A stretch of DNA of 64,000 nt from Geosiphon pyriformis uo1 (lineage: Eukaryota; Fungi; Glomeromycota): contig JAAOMT010000261.1 of the NCBI GenBank assembly GCA_016748015.1, positions 136,733 to 200,732 on the forward strand. Direction: 5' to 3'. Numbering within the stretch: the stretch's first letter is position 1; each line of letters opens with the position of its first letter. Under the pieces are notes generated by a model. It was given only the letters and a program-made list of their open reading frames with translations. It was not told where the DNA came from and did not search any database. A program made the translations under genes and the position numbers. This document shows positions 17,301-29,903 of the stretch, in pieces.

Positions 17301-20300
17301 GTTCAAAAGCACCAAAAGCATATTCAAGACTAATCTGTCACAATGCTTTCATAGCTTATTTGACACTCCAGAAAGACCAGCAGCTTTGCTATTAAACAGA
17401 TTAAAAACCACTCCAAGTAACTCACCAAGACTAACTAAACACATCACATTTGAAAAAACATCATCAAAAACATATTCTAAAGACCAATATTGATAAGACC
17501 AATCATTAGAAAAAAATTTTATCATATTATGCTTCCTGATTTAGTCCTTTATAATAACATTAACCTTGGTCTTAACTAGATCAGATTCCAGAATCAGTTC
17601 ATTTTCAATTATCAAATGGTTCAAAACCACCTTTTAAAAAGGACACTCTAACACATTCTTAATCATGTGACTTTTATCAACTGCAAAATTTTCTATCTAT
17701 CTATCAATAATTAACTTTATACTTGACTTCTTAGCTTGCAAAGACTCAGCAAACTTGGAGACATGATATAACTTTTATGCACTGAAAAGAGCCAAACACA
17801 CATGATCAAAACCCACACCAGAGTTCACAATATTCTGTACAATTAAAGCTCTAATACTGTTCAAAGAATTCCAACATTCCATGAGAAAAGCAAACCTATC
17901 AACATTCTCCTTACAAAAAATCTTAGCAATTTTCAAGACCAAAAGCTCCAGCTTATCAAACCTAGAAGATTTCTTGGTAAAAATACCATTGAAATTTTTA
18001 AACCAATTCTTCTTGAATATCTTATTAGCCAATAGTATCATAATCTTGCAAATTGCATCTTACATTGCATCCAAATCCGAGAATTGCATGGAAGTGAAAA
18101 AATTATCAGAGAACATAATGGCATTGGCTATTATAGCATTTTTAAATTTGCTCTATTTTGTATTATTAGCACCCTTAAAATCAAACTTTCAGCAATCTTT
18201 ATTTGTCTGTCTGCAAAAAGAGTTCAACTAAGTGTTCAGCAAACTGTCCAGACCCATTAATACAGAAACAGCTTGATAATCAGTGTCAAAGTGATTACTA
18301 ATATCCATAACATTATGATCTATTATTAAACTAACTAAATTTGACGAAACCAATACATAATTAATTGTTTTTTCTACACCTCTTGAATTCCTTCATGTAG
18401 AACTTTTTATAACCAAACTACTCACCAAAGAATTGACCAGCCCCAAACTGATACACTTCTTAAAACTAGCACTTTTTTGCAAACCATTTTCATTGAAATC
18501 ACCACTAATAATAATAAAAAAAAATTTGTTAACAGCTTTTGCAATAAAAGAGTTGATTTTTCCAGTCTGCAAAAACCAAATCCCAGATAAAACACCAGCA
18601 TACAGCTCCAAGACTAACACAGAAAGTTTATTTTTAAAAAGCAATCTAATAAATAAGAGCTGACCAGGCACCTCAAAAACCTTGCACACATGTTTTGCCA
18701 AAGAAAAGTCCATGATAACCACAATACTGGCATTCAAATATCTAGAATTCAAACCAGAAGTAAACATACAGACACCTTTAAACTTTCCAGCAATCCATGG
18801 ACAGACTTTACTCTTCAATTTAGTCTCAGTTATAATCAAAATCAAGTTGCCCATATTCTTATGCCAATGAACAACATCTTCCTGCTTGGCAGGAACATTG
18901 ATGCCCCAAACATTGTACATAGTTATCTTCTAAATCAAACCACTCATTGAGATGAAAAAGATAACAAGAGACTTAAACCAGCACACAAATAATCTAACTT
19001 TGCTAAAACTAAACCAACAGAAGTCTTAAAAACCATCAACTTAGATTCTAAACTGCCAACTTTGGTTATTAAGACTTTTAAACTACTCAGACTCAAAGTA
19101 AAAACATTAAAGAAAGCAAAAGAGGGGGGTAAAAGTATCAACTCAGAACTGTTTACAATCATATCCAAAGTCAAATCTTCTTTGGCAGCAATAAAGATAG
19201 CCAAGACTTTAGAAGAGGGAGATAGAGCTTATGGCATCAATTCCATGTTGCTAAGCTTGTACACAATGCCAGAAACTTGATCAGTTAATAGCTTCAAAGA
19301 TTGTTCCAAAGAAACCAAACAAACATTCAAAGATAAGTTGTTAGCTAAAACAAGAGGGAGACCACTATTCAAACCCAAGATGCCAGAGAAAGGAGAACCA
19401 GAACCAGAAATAAAGTGAAGACCATCAGAAAAACCAGCAAGTAAGACCACCTGGGCCCAAGATTTGCTACCAAAGGCAGCAGAGTGAGATATTGGAACAC
19501 TTTTCTTTTCATATAACTTTGCCAACTGAAAATGACATTCATCAGATACAACCCTTTTAAATGCTTTTAAAGACTTAAAAGTAAATGCAACTGGTGCATT
19601 ACATTTCAAAGCAGAATGACCAAATCTCCCACATTTCTTACACCAAACCAGATCTATTTTTGCCCAAGAAAGTTTAACATTACTAAGAATCAGCTCCATG
19701 TAAAAGGCAGATTCCAAATTATTATTAGAGTTAAAACCAACTACAGCATAGCAAATTTTATTACCAGTTTCTATAGATTTGTTTATAATGCAAGTTTTCC
19801 CACCAGTCCTTCCAAAAAAGTCTCAAGATTATGTGCTGTCATACTTACTGGCAAAGTAAACAAAAGCATCCTGAACCAATCCTTAGACACCCAAATTTCA
19901 CAATCTCTTACAGCTTTGGTTATGTACACAGAATTTTTTCCAATCAGGAATGACCATTTTGAGGCCAACAGATTAGCTTGATCCAACTCAGCAAACTTTA
20001 CCACAGCTTTTTGCTACATTCCAATTAATTGAATTTTGATCAACTTAATTTTCCCAAATTCGAATACTGTGACAATGATTATGTTTTTAGGTGTATTCAT
20101 GGGAATTTTTTTGATTACCACAGCCTGATCTGATCTTATTCCTTGTCTCCTAAAATTACTGTTTACATTAATCTCTTTTTCTCTGGCCAATGACATGGCC
20201 ATTTCCATGCTCTTCTCTGAAGTGAAGGTAGATCTGATAATCTCCTTAAATTTTGAGAAAATAGTGGCCCCTCCAAAACCATTGACTAATAAAAAAATTT

Positions 20301-20937
20301 TTCTAATTAACTGAGTTTTTGCTGTTGCTGATTTCTCTTCTATAGCTGAAAGATTAATATCCAAAATAAACGACTTCTTAATTGACACTTCCATAGAAGT
20401 TTTGATGATTTTTGGGTCAATTCACTTCTTGTCAAGAGAGATAAGCAAGTAAGAAGGGAGAACAACTTTATCATCATTCATATAAAAATTGGAAGAACTG
20501 AATGGAAAACCAAAAACAGCACCAGTATTAACTTGCTTTATTTTAAATGTGGTAACAGTTAAGTCCAAAAGAGACTCACCATTTATACCAAACATGCTAA
20601 CATTTTTATCATCACCAAATAGACTTTCCACATCAAAATATACATTATCATTAGGTCCAGATTTACTCAAAAATATATCTCTTTTATTACTAGAGTGTTT
20701 GATATTACCAAGAACAACTTTCTTCTTCTGAGAAAAAAAACCACCAGCAGGACCATGAAAAGCATCTTTAAGTCCTTTTTCTTAGACATGATACTACTTG
20801 TAGTAGTTTCTATATTCACGAAAAATGGGTTATTATTAGATAAAAAAATATTGATATAAATTAAAAAAACAAAAAAACTTTTTTTTATAGGAAATGTGCT
20901 TTTTGAGGATTTTTGGAGATAAGAGAAAAAGAAGTTT
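14385..20937 (-). mobile_element. Full-length but degenerate non-LTR retrotransposon (L1-like LINE with RNase H)
   Basis: ORF1 with CKKCGRFGHSALKC knuckle; ORF2 fragments of APE (ETKLK, GDFN), RT (AFIDN), RNase H (VYTD, ELQAI, DSQ) and Zn finger. 5' end and 3' tail match the copy at 22052-28850. Internal RT deletion near 17160. Confidence 0.9.
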
Positions 20938-20939
20938 AT

Positions 20940-22050
20940 TTACTTTAAAAAAACTTTAAATAAAAAACTTTTATTTAAAACCAAAAATAATGTTTTAATA
21001 ATAGTTTTTATTTGTTTTAATTTTATATTATTTATAATAAATACTTTAAAAAAATATTATTTAACTGGTTTTTATTTTAAAAAAAAGTTTTTAAGTATTA
21101 AAATTAAAAAGTTTTTTTAAATGCATTTTAATAAATTTAAAATTAATAATTAAAATACAAATATAATAAAGTTTCTATATAAAAGATTTTTTTGTTGTAA
21201 AAACAATTAAACAAAATTTTTTAAAGATATTTTTTTAAATATTAATAATAAAAAACTACTTTTAATAAATTTTAACATATTTTTTTTTGGTTAATAGTTT
21301 TTTTTTAATTTAAGTTTTTTTTAATATTATTTTTACTCATTTTAAAAGCCCAAAAAATTTTAATAACAGATTAACTAACAAATTGTTTTTTTTTGTTTTA
21401 TTATAATTACTTTACAAATAATTAAAAAAGTTAAAAACTTTAAAAAACAATAATTATTCTTTTTTATTGTTATTATATTAAATTTTTTGTAATTTCAAAT
21501 AAAATCTTAGATAAATTTTTGTCATAACAACTAATTTTTTTTAATATAAACAACAATATTTATAACATGTTTTTCAAAATAAACCAAAATTAATTATTAA
21601 TTATATTATTAAAAATAATATTTTTTAACAGATTTTTATTAATTTTAAAAACAAACAAAACATATTTTTGTATATATTTTCAACCAATTAATTTATCAAA
21701 TTATTTAATTTTAAAAATTAAATTGATCAAATAAAAATTAAATTAATATTTTTTTTTGTTTTTTAATAATATTATTTTTAATAGTATTTAAAAAAAAATT
21801 ATTAGTTATTAAAGCTTTGTTAAATAAATAGTCTTTATTTTGATGTTTAATATATTTTTTTAAGATTAAATTGGCTTTTATTAAAATTATATTTTAGTTT
21901 TTGTGTAATTTTTTTTAAGTAAAATTTAATATTAATCTCTAATTCTTTTGAATAATTTTAAGTCTTGAATTTTGTAATTGAGTTAAGAATAGAAGTTGAA
22001 ATTAATATTGTAATACTAATTTTTAAGCTAATAATTAATAGACAAAAAAA
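20940..22050. repeat. AT-rich spacer containing an eroded LINE 5' remnant
   Basis: 21190-21270 (TGTTGTAAAAACAATTAAACAAAA...) matches the reverse complement of 35965-36048. Confidence 0.5.
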
Positions 22051-22187
22051 AAAACTTCTTTCTCTTTTACCTCCTAAAATCTTCAAAAAAGTGTATTTCA
22101 AAAGAAGTTTTTTTTTTCTGCTATTTCATACTGTCTTCCATTACTTTACAAGAAACAAATCCTTTTGTTGTTGACTTGGCTGCTCCC

Positions 22188-24028
22188 ATGAGTAGTACTG
22201 GTGCTAAAAAAAGGTCGTTTAGAGTTCCAACTTCTGGTTCAGTTAGTAGTAGTTCAAGTCATAAGGTCAAGAAACCTCCTGGTGGTGCTAAGCTTTCAAG
22301 TAAAGATGTGGCTCTTGAAGGTAATGGATCTGGTCAAGTAGTTGAGCAGTTTAATAGCATAGATACTGATGGGGAGGCTTCCAAAGGTGAAAAAGTATCC
22401 AATTCCAAGATGAATACACCCCAAGCCAAGCGTTTCAATAATGGTGTGATTGTTGGCTCCCCCTTCAGCTTTATTAATTTTGACATAGAGGAGGAAGAGG
22501 AGGTTCTCTTCCCTCCCCATAAGTTTTTCTCTTTGGAAAAGGTGTGGATGGACCCCAAAATTGTTAAAACCCAGATGGAGGTAGCTGTGAAGAAATCTTT
22601 CATTTTGGACATTAATCTTTCGGCTGTAAAAGAGAAATTGGCGATGACTAAAACTCAGGTTATAAGGAAATTGTTTTCACAAATCAATGGTTTTGGGGGG
22701 GCCACTACCCCCTCAAAATTTGAAGGGATCATCAGATCAATGTTTACTTCATCTAAGAGCATGGAAAAAGATGCATTATTGGCCAGGGAAAATGGGATCA
22801 TCATAAACACCAATCTCAGAAACAAGGAGTTCATTCAGATCGGGCTGTGGTAATAAAGAAAATTCCCATGGACATGCCAAAAGAAATGATCGTCACCACA
22901 GTATCCGAGTATGGTCAGATTGTGTCTATCAAAGTTCAGTTAATTGGGCTGTGGCAGAAGGCTGTGGTGGAGTTTGCCAAATCAAGTCAGGCAAATCAGT
23001 TGGCAGCTAAATGGTCTTTCTTAATTGGGAAAGATTCAGTGCACATGGCCAAAGCTGTAAAGAATCGTGAAACATGGGCATCTAGAGATCAGTATAGAGC
23101 GCTTTTGTTTACTTTGCCGGTGGGAACAACGGCTTATGATCTTGGCAATCTTTTGGCAAGGGCTAGTGAGAAAACTTGTGTTATAAACTGATCTTTGGAC
23201 ACTGGCAATAGAGTTTGTTGTGCTGTGGTTTGTTTTGAGAATGACAAGGATTTGGAGTCTGTGTTTTGTACTGAGTCTGTTTTTGGTGGGGTGAAACTTT
23301 CTTGGATTAGATTGGACCTGGTTTGGTGTGAACGGTGTGGAAAACTTGGTCATTCTGTTTTAAAGTGTGATGCTGAGATCTTACATTCTCCTAAACTTTC
23401 CAAGTCATTTAAAAAGGTTGTCTCTGATGAGAACCGCCTTTAATTGGCCAAGCTATATGCAAAAAAGTGTGTGCCTATTTCCAGACCGGCTGCATTTGGT
23501 GGCAAATCGTGGGCCCAGGTTGTCTTTTTAGCATCTTCATCTAATGGTCTTTACTTTGGGTCTGGTCCTGGTTTTGGCTTTTCTCTTGGCATTACAGGTT
23601 TGGTTGGTCACTCATTTCTCACAGGTCCTGTTGGTTCAATTTTGGAAACTCGTCTTGCTTCTTTGGAGCACTCTTTGGAACTTTTCACGAATAAGGTGTC
23701 TGATATTATTAACAAACTTAACAGTTTATGCTTGGTGCTTTTGGCTCTTGCCTCCTCTTCTCAACCCTTGGTTGCCCCTGGTTCGGTTGATATGAAATTT
23801 GGTTCGGATATGGTTTTGGATGAACCTGATTCTGTGATTGTTCCTTCTTTTTCGGTTTTCTCTGGTGCCTCAAGTTTGGGTTTGAATAGTTCAAAAATTC
23901 TGACTTCGAAAGTAGGATGCTTGGAGTTGAAGTTGGTGGCTCTCAAAGCTTTGGTCTGTTCGGTATTGAAGAAGTTAGATCAGATGTATGCTGGCTCAGA
24001 TTCTGCAGTCTCTTTTGCACCCCAATGA
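22188..24028 (+). pseudogene. LINE ORF1 (RRM-like region plus CCHC knuckle)
   Basis: WQKAVVEF; CERCGKLGHSVLKC; one frameshift near 22830 and nonsense changes. Confidence 0.85.
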
Positions 24029-27000
24029 ATAATTTAGTGTGAAAAATAGCCATGTGTAATGTCAGGGGAATGAACAATTCAGCAAAGCAAGAGGACATTA
24101 TACATTGGCACAGAGATATGAACAATTTAGTTTCAATTGTTACTGAGACAAAGTTAAAAGATAAGGTTCGGCCTTGGATTGCTAGCAAATTCAATGATGT
24201 TTGGGTCTTCATTTCTGGTTTGAATTCTGGTCATCTTGGTTCTGGTGTGGCGATCATTATAAACAATTCTCTGGCCAAACACATGTGCAAAGTTTCTGAG
24301 GTCCCTGGTTGTCTTATTTCTGTTAAGTTGCTTTTTAGGAATAAACTCTCGGTTTCTATTTTGGGTTTGTATGCTGGCGTGTTGGCTTCTGTGCACTTCT
24401 CTCAGGCCGATGACATAAATACTTTGATCACTAATGCTGTGAATGAATCATCTTTTGTGGTCTTAGGTGGTGACTTCAATGAAGATGGTTTGCGTAGAAG
24501 CGCCAGTTTCAGAAAGTGCAGTAGCTTGGGTCTGGTCAACTCTCTTGTTGGTAGTCTGTTTGTGAAAGTTCCAACATGGAGTAATTCCCGGGGTGTGTCA
24601 AAAACAATTGATTATCTTTTTGTGTCTCCCAATTTGGTCAATGCTATTGTGAATCGTGATGTTCTGGATGTGTCCGACTTCTTTGATATTGACCATCAAG
24701 CTGTTTCTGCATCAATTGGTTTAGATGGTCTCTTGGATACACATTTGTGTTCTGTTCGCAAGCAGGCCAATAGGGATTGTTGAAAGTACAATTTTAAGGA
24801 TGCTAGTGTTGCCTTGTGGTTGAGATTCAGGGAGGCCATAACAGTAAATGCTGTCATGTTTTTTGATGATTTTTTGGCTGCCAGGGAACTGTTGGATTTG
24901 GATGTGATGTAAGATGCTGTTCGAAAAACAGTGAGCTTTTCAGCAAGTGAAGTTTTCAGGAAAAAATGGTTTAAAGATTATAACAGCATTTTCACTAAGC
25001 ATTCATCCAAGTTCCATAAGTTAGAACTTTTAGTGTCCAAGTTGGTCAAGGCTTCCCGTTCTGTTGATTGTGATGTGTTTGTGTTACTGCTTGATACTTG
25101 GGAATCGCTTGATCCTGCTGGTGCTGCTGTAGTGAGGTTTTTTTTTCTCTTAAAGTCTCCTTTTGATGACATTCATTCAGCTCTGTCCAAAGCCAGGAAG
25201 TCTTATCATGCCTCAAAGTTGTCAAAATCAAAACGTGCTGTAGATTCACAAATTATATCTGCTATTGATAAGAGGATGGAGAGCTTTGAATCTAACAAGG
25301 ATCATACTATTAGAAGTGTCTTGGAAAGGCCTTTTTGCAAGGTGGTTTTGGATCATTTGGTCATTGGTGATGAGCTGTATTTGGAACCTGATTATGTTAG
25401 AAAGAAAGTGGATGAGATTATGGAGAGGTGAACTTATAAACGTGGAGTGGTTCTTGATATTCCAGGAAATTGGTTTCACCAATATTGGCCTTTGGATTAC
25501 GTGTTTGATGGTGCTTTTTTAGATGTGATAAGCTGTGTTAGTTTTGATAAAATGTCTGGCATGGTCTCTGACCTACCTGATGGGAAGGCTGCTGGTCTCT
25601 CAGGTATCTCCAATAAACTTTGGGAACACTGTGACAAATCTGTACTTGATATGCTCTTAGTGCTTATTAATTCTTGTCTTCATGGTGAGTCTGTGCCTGG
25701 TGCTTGGAAGGAAGCCTAGGTGTTGATGATTTCCAAACCTTATGAATGGGAGGGTGTGTTTACAAACACTTGTCCTATTGCTTTGATTAAGATGGCTCAA
25801 AAAATTCTTTCCAAGATTCTCTCTGATAGGATCTCTTTGGCATGTAGCAAGTTTGATGTTCTTCATGGGGACAATTTTTCAGTTCTCAAAGACACTACAA
25901 CTCAGTTTCCTATTTTTGCGATTGGTTCGGTGATCGAGGATGCTCTTGAAAAAAACCGGGAGCTTTGGCTGGTTTTACAAGACATGTGGAAAGCATATGA
26001 CTCAGTCGGTTGGGATCATCTTAAGAAAAGTTTGGTTAGAATAAAAATGTGCTGTAGGTTTATTAGGTTTTTTGGGAATATTTATAATGGTCGCACCAAC
26101 TGGGTTATGACTGATTTTGGGTTGACAGATGGTTATTATGTACATAATGGCTTGGACCAAGGGGAGATGTTTTCGTCTCTTCTTTGGTGTATATTTTATG
26201 ATCCTCTCTTGTGCAAAGTTAAGAGGCAGGAGAGTATGTGTGGTTACAGGTTAAATTCTCATTTCATTGCTAAGACGGCCATGTGGAGTCTCGGGCTGAT
26301 ATGTTGTCTTTCTTCGCTGCTGGCACTTTTGTGGATGATACGATCTGGGTGAGTAGCAGTCAGACTGCCACTCAACACATTCTTGATGTGGCTAGTGAGT
26401 TTTTTCGCATCAATAATATTTCAATTAATAATGATAAGACAGTAGCCATTCCAATTAATAGCCATGCCAGTGCACCTTCTCTTTTCATCAGTGGATTCCC
26501 TATTTCAATAGCTAAATCAGGCGAATCACATCATTATCTGGGTATCTTTGTGTCATTTGAAGAACTGTCAAAGCCCAGCCTGGCAAAAGCCCATTTGAAT
26601 GTTCGTTTGTTTACCAACTTGGTTCTAAGAAAGGCCGTATCCAACAAACAATTTCTATATTTAATGTCAGCTGTCCTCCACCCCATCATCAGTTATAGGA
26701 CTCAGTTTAGTTTTGTTTCTATCAGTGTGTGTAATAAATAGGATGCTTTGATTCATAGGGGCTTAAAATCCAAGTCTGGATTATCTCTTGATTTTTCTAG
26801 TGACACGATCCATTACCCTTCATTCTATGAGTTGAAATCTTTCATTCAAATTCAATCAGAGAGTAAAGTCGCTTCCCTTATTTGTTTTGCAAACTCAGTG
26901 GGAATTCTGGGTTGCCTATTTGCCCACAGGTCTCATGACTTACAAGTTTCAAGCTGGCACCCTGTTTATCCTTTGAGTGTTCCTGTTCGTATTCGAGTCA

Positions 27001-28712
27001 GCCCTTTGAACAATTTTTTAGTGGGTGTTGTTTGTGTTCTCATCGATTGTAATTTATCTTTGAGTGGTTCTTTTGATAGTCCATTTCGGCTTTGTAGTGG
27101 GGTACCCATGTTTACCATTCTTGGTGAGTCTAGATTTGTCAAGTTCTTTCCTTCACTCCAGCAATATGGCATCGCCTTTGTTAACCAACTTCATGATTGT
27201 TATGGTGCCATGTTTGACTGGTACAAATTCAAGCGGTGGAAGAGGTTGGACCCTCGTGGCCCAACTCCTGAGTGGTTTATGCTTTCTGTCAAGTTCCTGT
27301 CTAATACATCTTCCTCTTGTGCCCCTTTTTCTGCTTTGGTTGATGTGGGTCTTCAGAGTATTCTCATTTCTCCTGGCTTTGTGTTGGTTCGTAATCAGCT
27401 TTCCCAAGTTCTTTCTAGTAGCATTTCTGTTTATACAAATAGGTTTCTAACAAACCTTGGCACCGAGAATTGTATGGCTGGGGCTGGTGTTTTTTTTAGT
27501 GACATTGATCTGGGTTTGGGTGTTGGAGTTTTGGGTCTGCTGTCTTCTACTTTGGTGGAAATGCAAGCTATTGTGCTGGCACTGAAGTGTGTCCCCTGTT
27601 CTAGTTTTGTTTGTCTGTTCTCTGATAGTCAAGCTGCTTTGGACGCCTGCAAATCGGAATTGGGACTGGTACATCCAGATTTTTGCAACTGTTGTTGGGT
27701 CGAATGCCAGCATATTGTAAACATTATTTGTGACAAAAATTTGATGATTGAATGGCACAAAGTGAAAGGTCACTCTGGTGTGATTGGAAATGAACGTGCT
27801 GATGCTATAGCTGGGGCTTCCTCTCACTCGGGCTGGTTCTTTCCTTCTCAATTGCATGTGTGCTTCTTATTGGCAGATGGTGGGGCTGTTTCTGGCAATT
27901 CTAGGCATTTTGTTCGCAATATTTTTTGCTCTGTTAGTCGTGCGCACTGGAAGATTGGTTCTGGTTCTAAATTTCTGCCTGCCGGTTTGTTCGCAGACGT
28001 TGATTGGTCCTGCTCCTTACTGGTATGACACCTTGATTAACACATGGCTGCTGGCCACACTAGCAAGCCTACAGCAGATGCGCACAGTTTTTTCATGAAG
28101 GCATTGCATCACCAGCTGCCTGTTGCTGTTTGTAAATACTTGTATAACAGAAGATACCCCAGCATATTGTGCTTATATTGTGGTGAGGTGGAGATATTGG
28201 ATCATGTTTTCTCTTGCAAGGTTGATGGCTCTGCACGTCTTCAGATACTGGATACATGTTCGAAATCTTGGATGGTGCTTTCTGGCCTGTCTCTCTTTTC
28301 TTCCTGTGTGCTGCAATTGCTGTCTTCTTGTGCCTCTGATGTCTCTGTATTTATGGCTCTCTTTAAAGGGTTTGTTTTTAGTGAGTGGCTTCGTGAAACT
28401 GTCTCTGTTTTCGAAGCTCACAAGATTGCTCATTTGAATATTATTGAGTTTGTGCATTCCCTTAGTTTTGCTTTTAGGAATGATATTTGGTTGGTTTGGA
28501 TTAAGCATCATGCATTTATAGAAAAAAATAATCTCATCCCACTTAACGGTTCAGTTTCTATCTCGGTCCCTGGCTCGGCTTCTAGGTTCTCGGCTGGTGT
28601 CATTTAGCTACTTGGTGTGGCTGAAGCTCTTGGTGTTTGTTTTGGCTTTCGTAAACAATGTTTTTTCTTTTTTGGTGTTGGTGATTCTGTTTCGGTACAT
28701 ATAATTGCATAG
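24025..28712 (+). pseudogene. LINE ORF2: APE endonuclease, RT, RNase H, C-terminal Zn finger
   Basis: CNVRG, ETK, GDFN, TIDY, DH; QDMWKAYDSV, GLDQG, FVDD; AGAGV, EMQAI, SDSQAAL, WHKVKGHSGVIGNERAD; CLYCGEVEILDHVFSC. Several stops and one frameshift near 26280. Confidence 0.93.
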
Positions 28713-28937
28713 TGTTGTTCTGATCGGCCTGAGTGGCTGGTCGCGTGTTGAAAAAAGCATGATTCACACTTAGTTTATGTCATTTCTTTGATATATAGCT
28801 CTAGGTAGTGTTTAGACCTCACTCATAAAATATAATAAAAAAAAAAAAAATTTAATTATTAAAAATAATATTAGATTTTTTTATATAAAATTTGTATTTT
28901 AAATATCTTTAAATATTATTACATAAATTAAACTTAT

Positions 28938-29903
28938 TGTTATTAGAGGTTTTTGGTCTCTTTTCTTGAATGTTATTAATGGTTGTTTGTTGTAAATTCA
29001 CATTTTCTAGAAGTAGTTAAACCTTCAATAACTGAATTATCTTCAAATTATCTTCTATAATTTGAACTACTAGACTTATAAGTAGAATGGCCAATTCTGT
29101 GCCAGTTTTTTTATGTAGTTACATTGTAGTAAATATCAACTTTTTCTTAGAAATTGCTTGTCTGAAAGCTTACTAAATTGTGTAGTTATTTTGTTGTAAA
29201 AGTCAACTCTTCTATAAGAATCTTGTCTGTAGGCTATCCTAATGATTATAATAGAAAAAAAAGAAAAAAAGAAAAAAAATGTAAAAAAAATAAAATTCTA
29301 TTAAGAAAAACATTTTCTATTCAGGCCTGAAGTCACTAACAAATGATTGAAATTGATAGCTAATTAATTTTAAAATGTTAGTTGTGTTGAGGGAATTTTA
29401 AGTGTAATAATTTAAGAATTTGGTTTTCAAATATTTTAATTTTTATTGTAGATGTGTAAAGATAATTCGTTTTAATTAAGATATCTAAAATAAGATACTA
29501 TAGTAAGATATGAGAAGATATATTTTCTTGAAAAGAGAAGCTTTTTTTTTATACAACTTGTTGTAATATTAGTTTTTGAACTTGCACTTTTCTTTTTGCT
29601 ACAATTTTGGTAAACTAAAGATACATTTCAGCAAACTACAAATTATTTTACTAAACTATTGATTATTTCGACCAATTTTCATCAATTTCGGCAAATTTTG
29701 ATTATGTTACATGATTCAGAGTATTGTGTAATTTGATCATCTTAATTTCTATGGTACAAATCGAATTATTAATTAAATAATAATATTTGATAATTAATTA
29801 AATAATAAGTGATAATTGACATAATAATAATATATACTAATTAATAATAGGAATTATAAGAGTAATTTCATGCTAATTAATAGCTAAAATTTTACTGATA
29901 ACA
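28938..29903 (-). repeat. 3' LTR of element E
   Basis: Termini TGTTATCAG...CTAATAACA (imperfect inverted repeat), adjacent to the PPT. Confidence 0.7.

Larger units (their letters stand above)
22052..28850 (+). mobile_element. Full-length non-LTR retrotransposon (L1-like LINE with RNase H), poly(A)-tailed, inactivated
   Basis: Pyrimidine-rich 5' UTR shared with the 20937 copy; ORF1 and ORF2; 3' UTR and A-tail at 28837-28850. Confidence 0.95.

Noticed and set aside
14510-28511. Many ORFs antisense or off-frame to the LINE ORFs
   Set aside because: Shadow ORFs of degenerate coding sequence.
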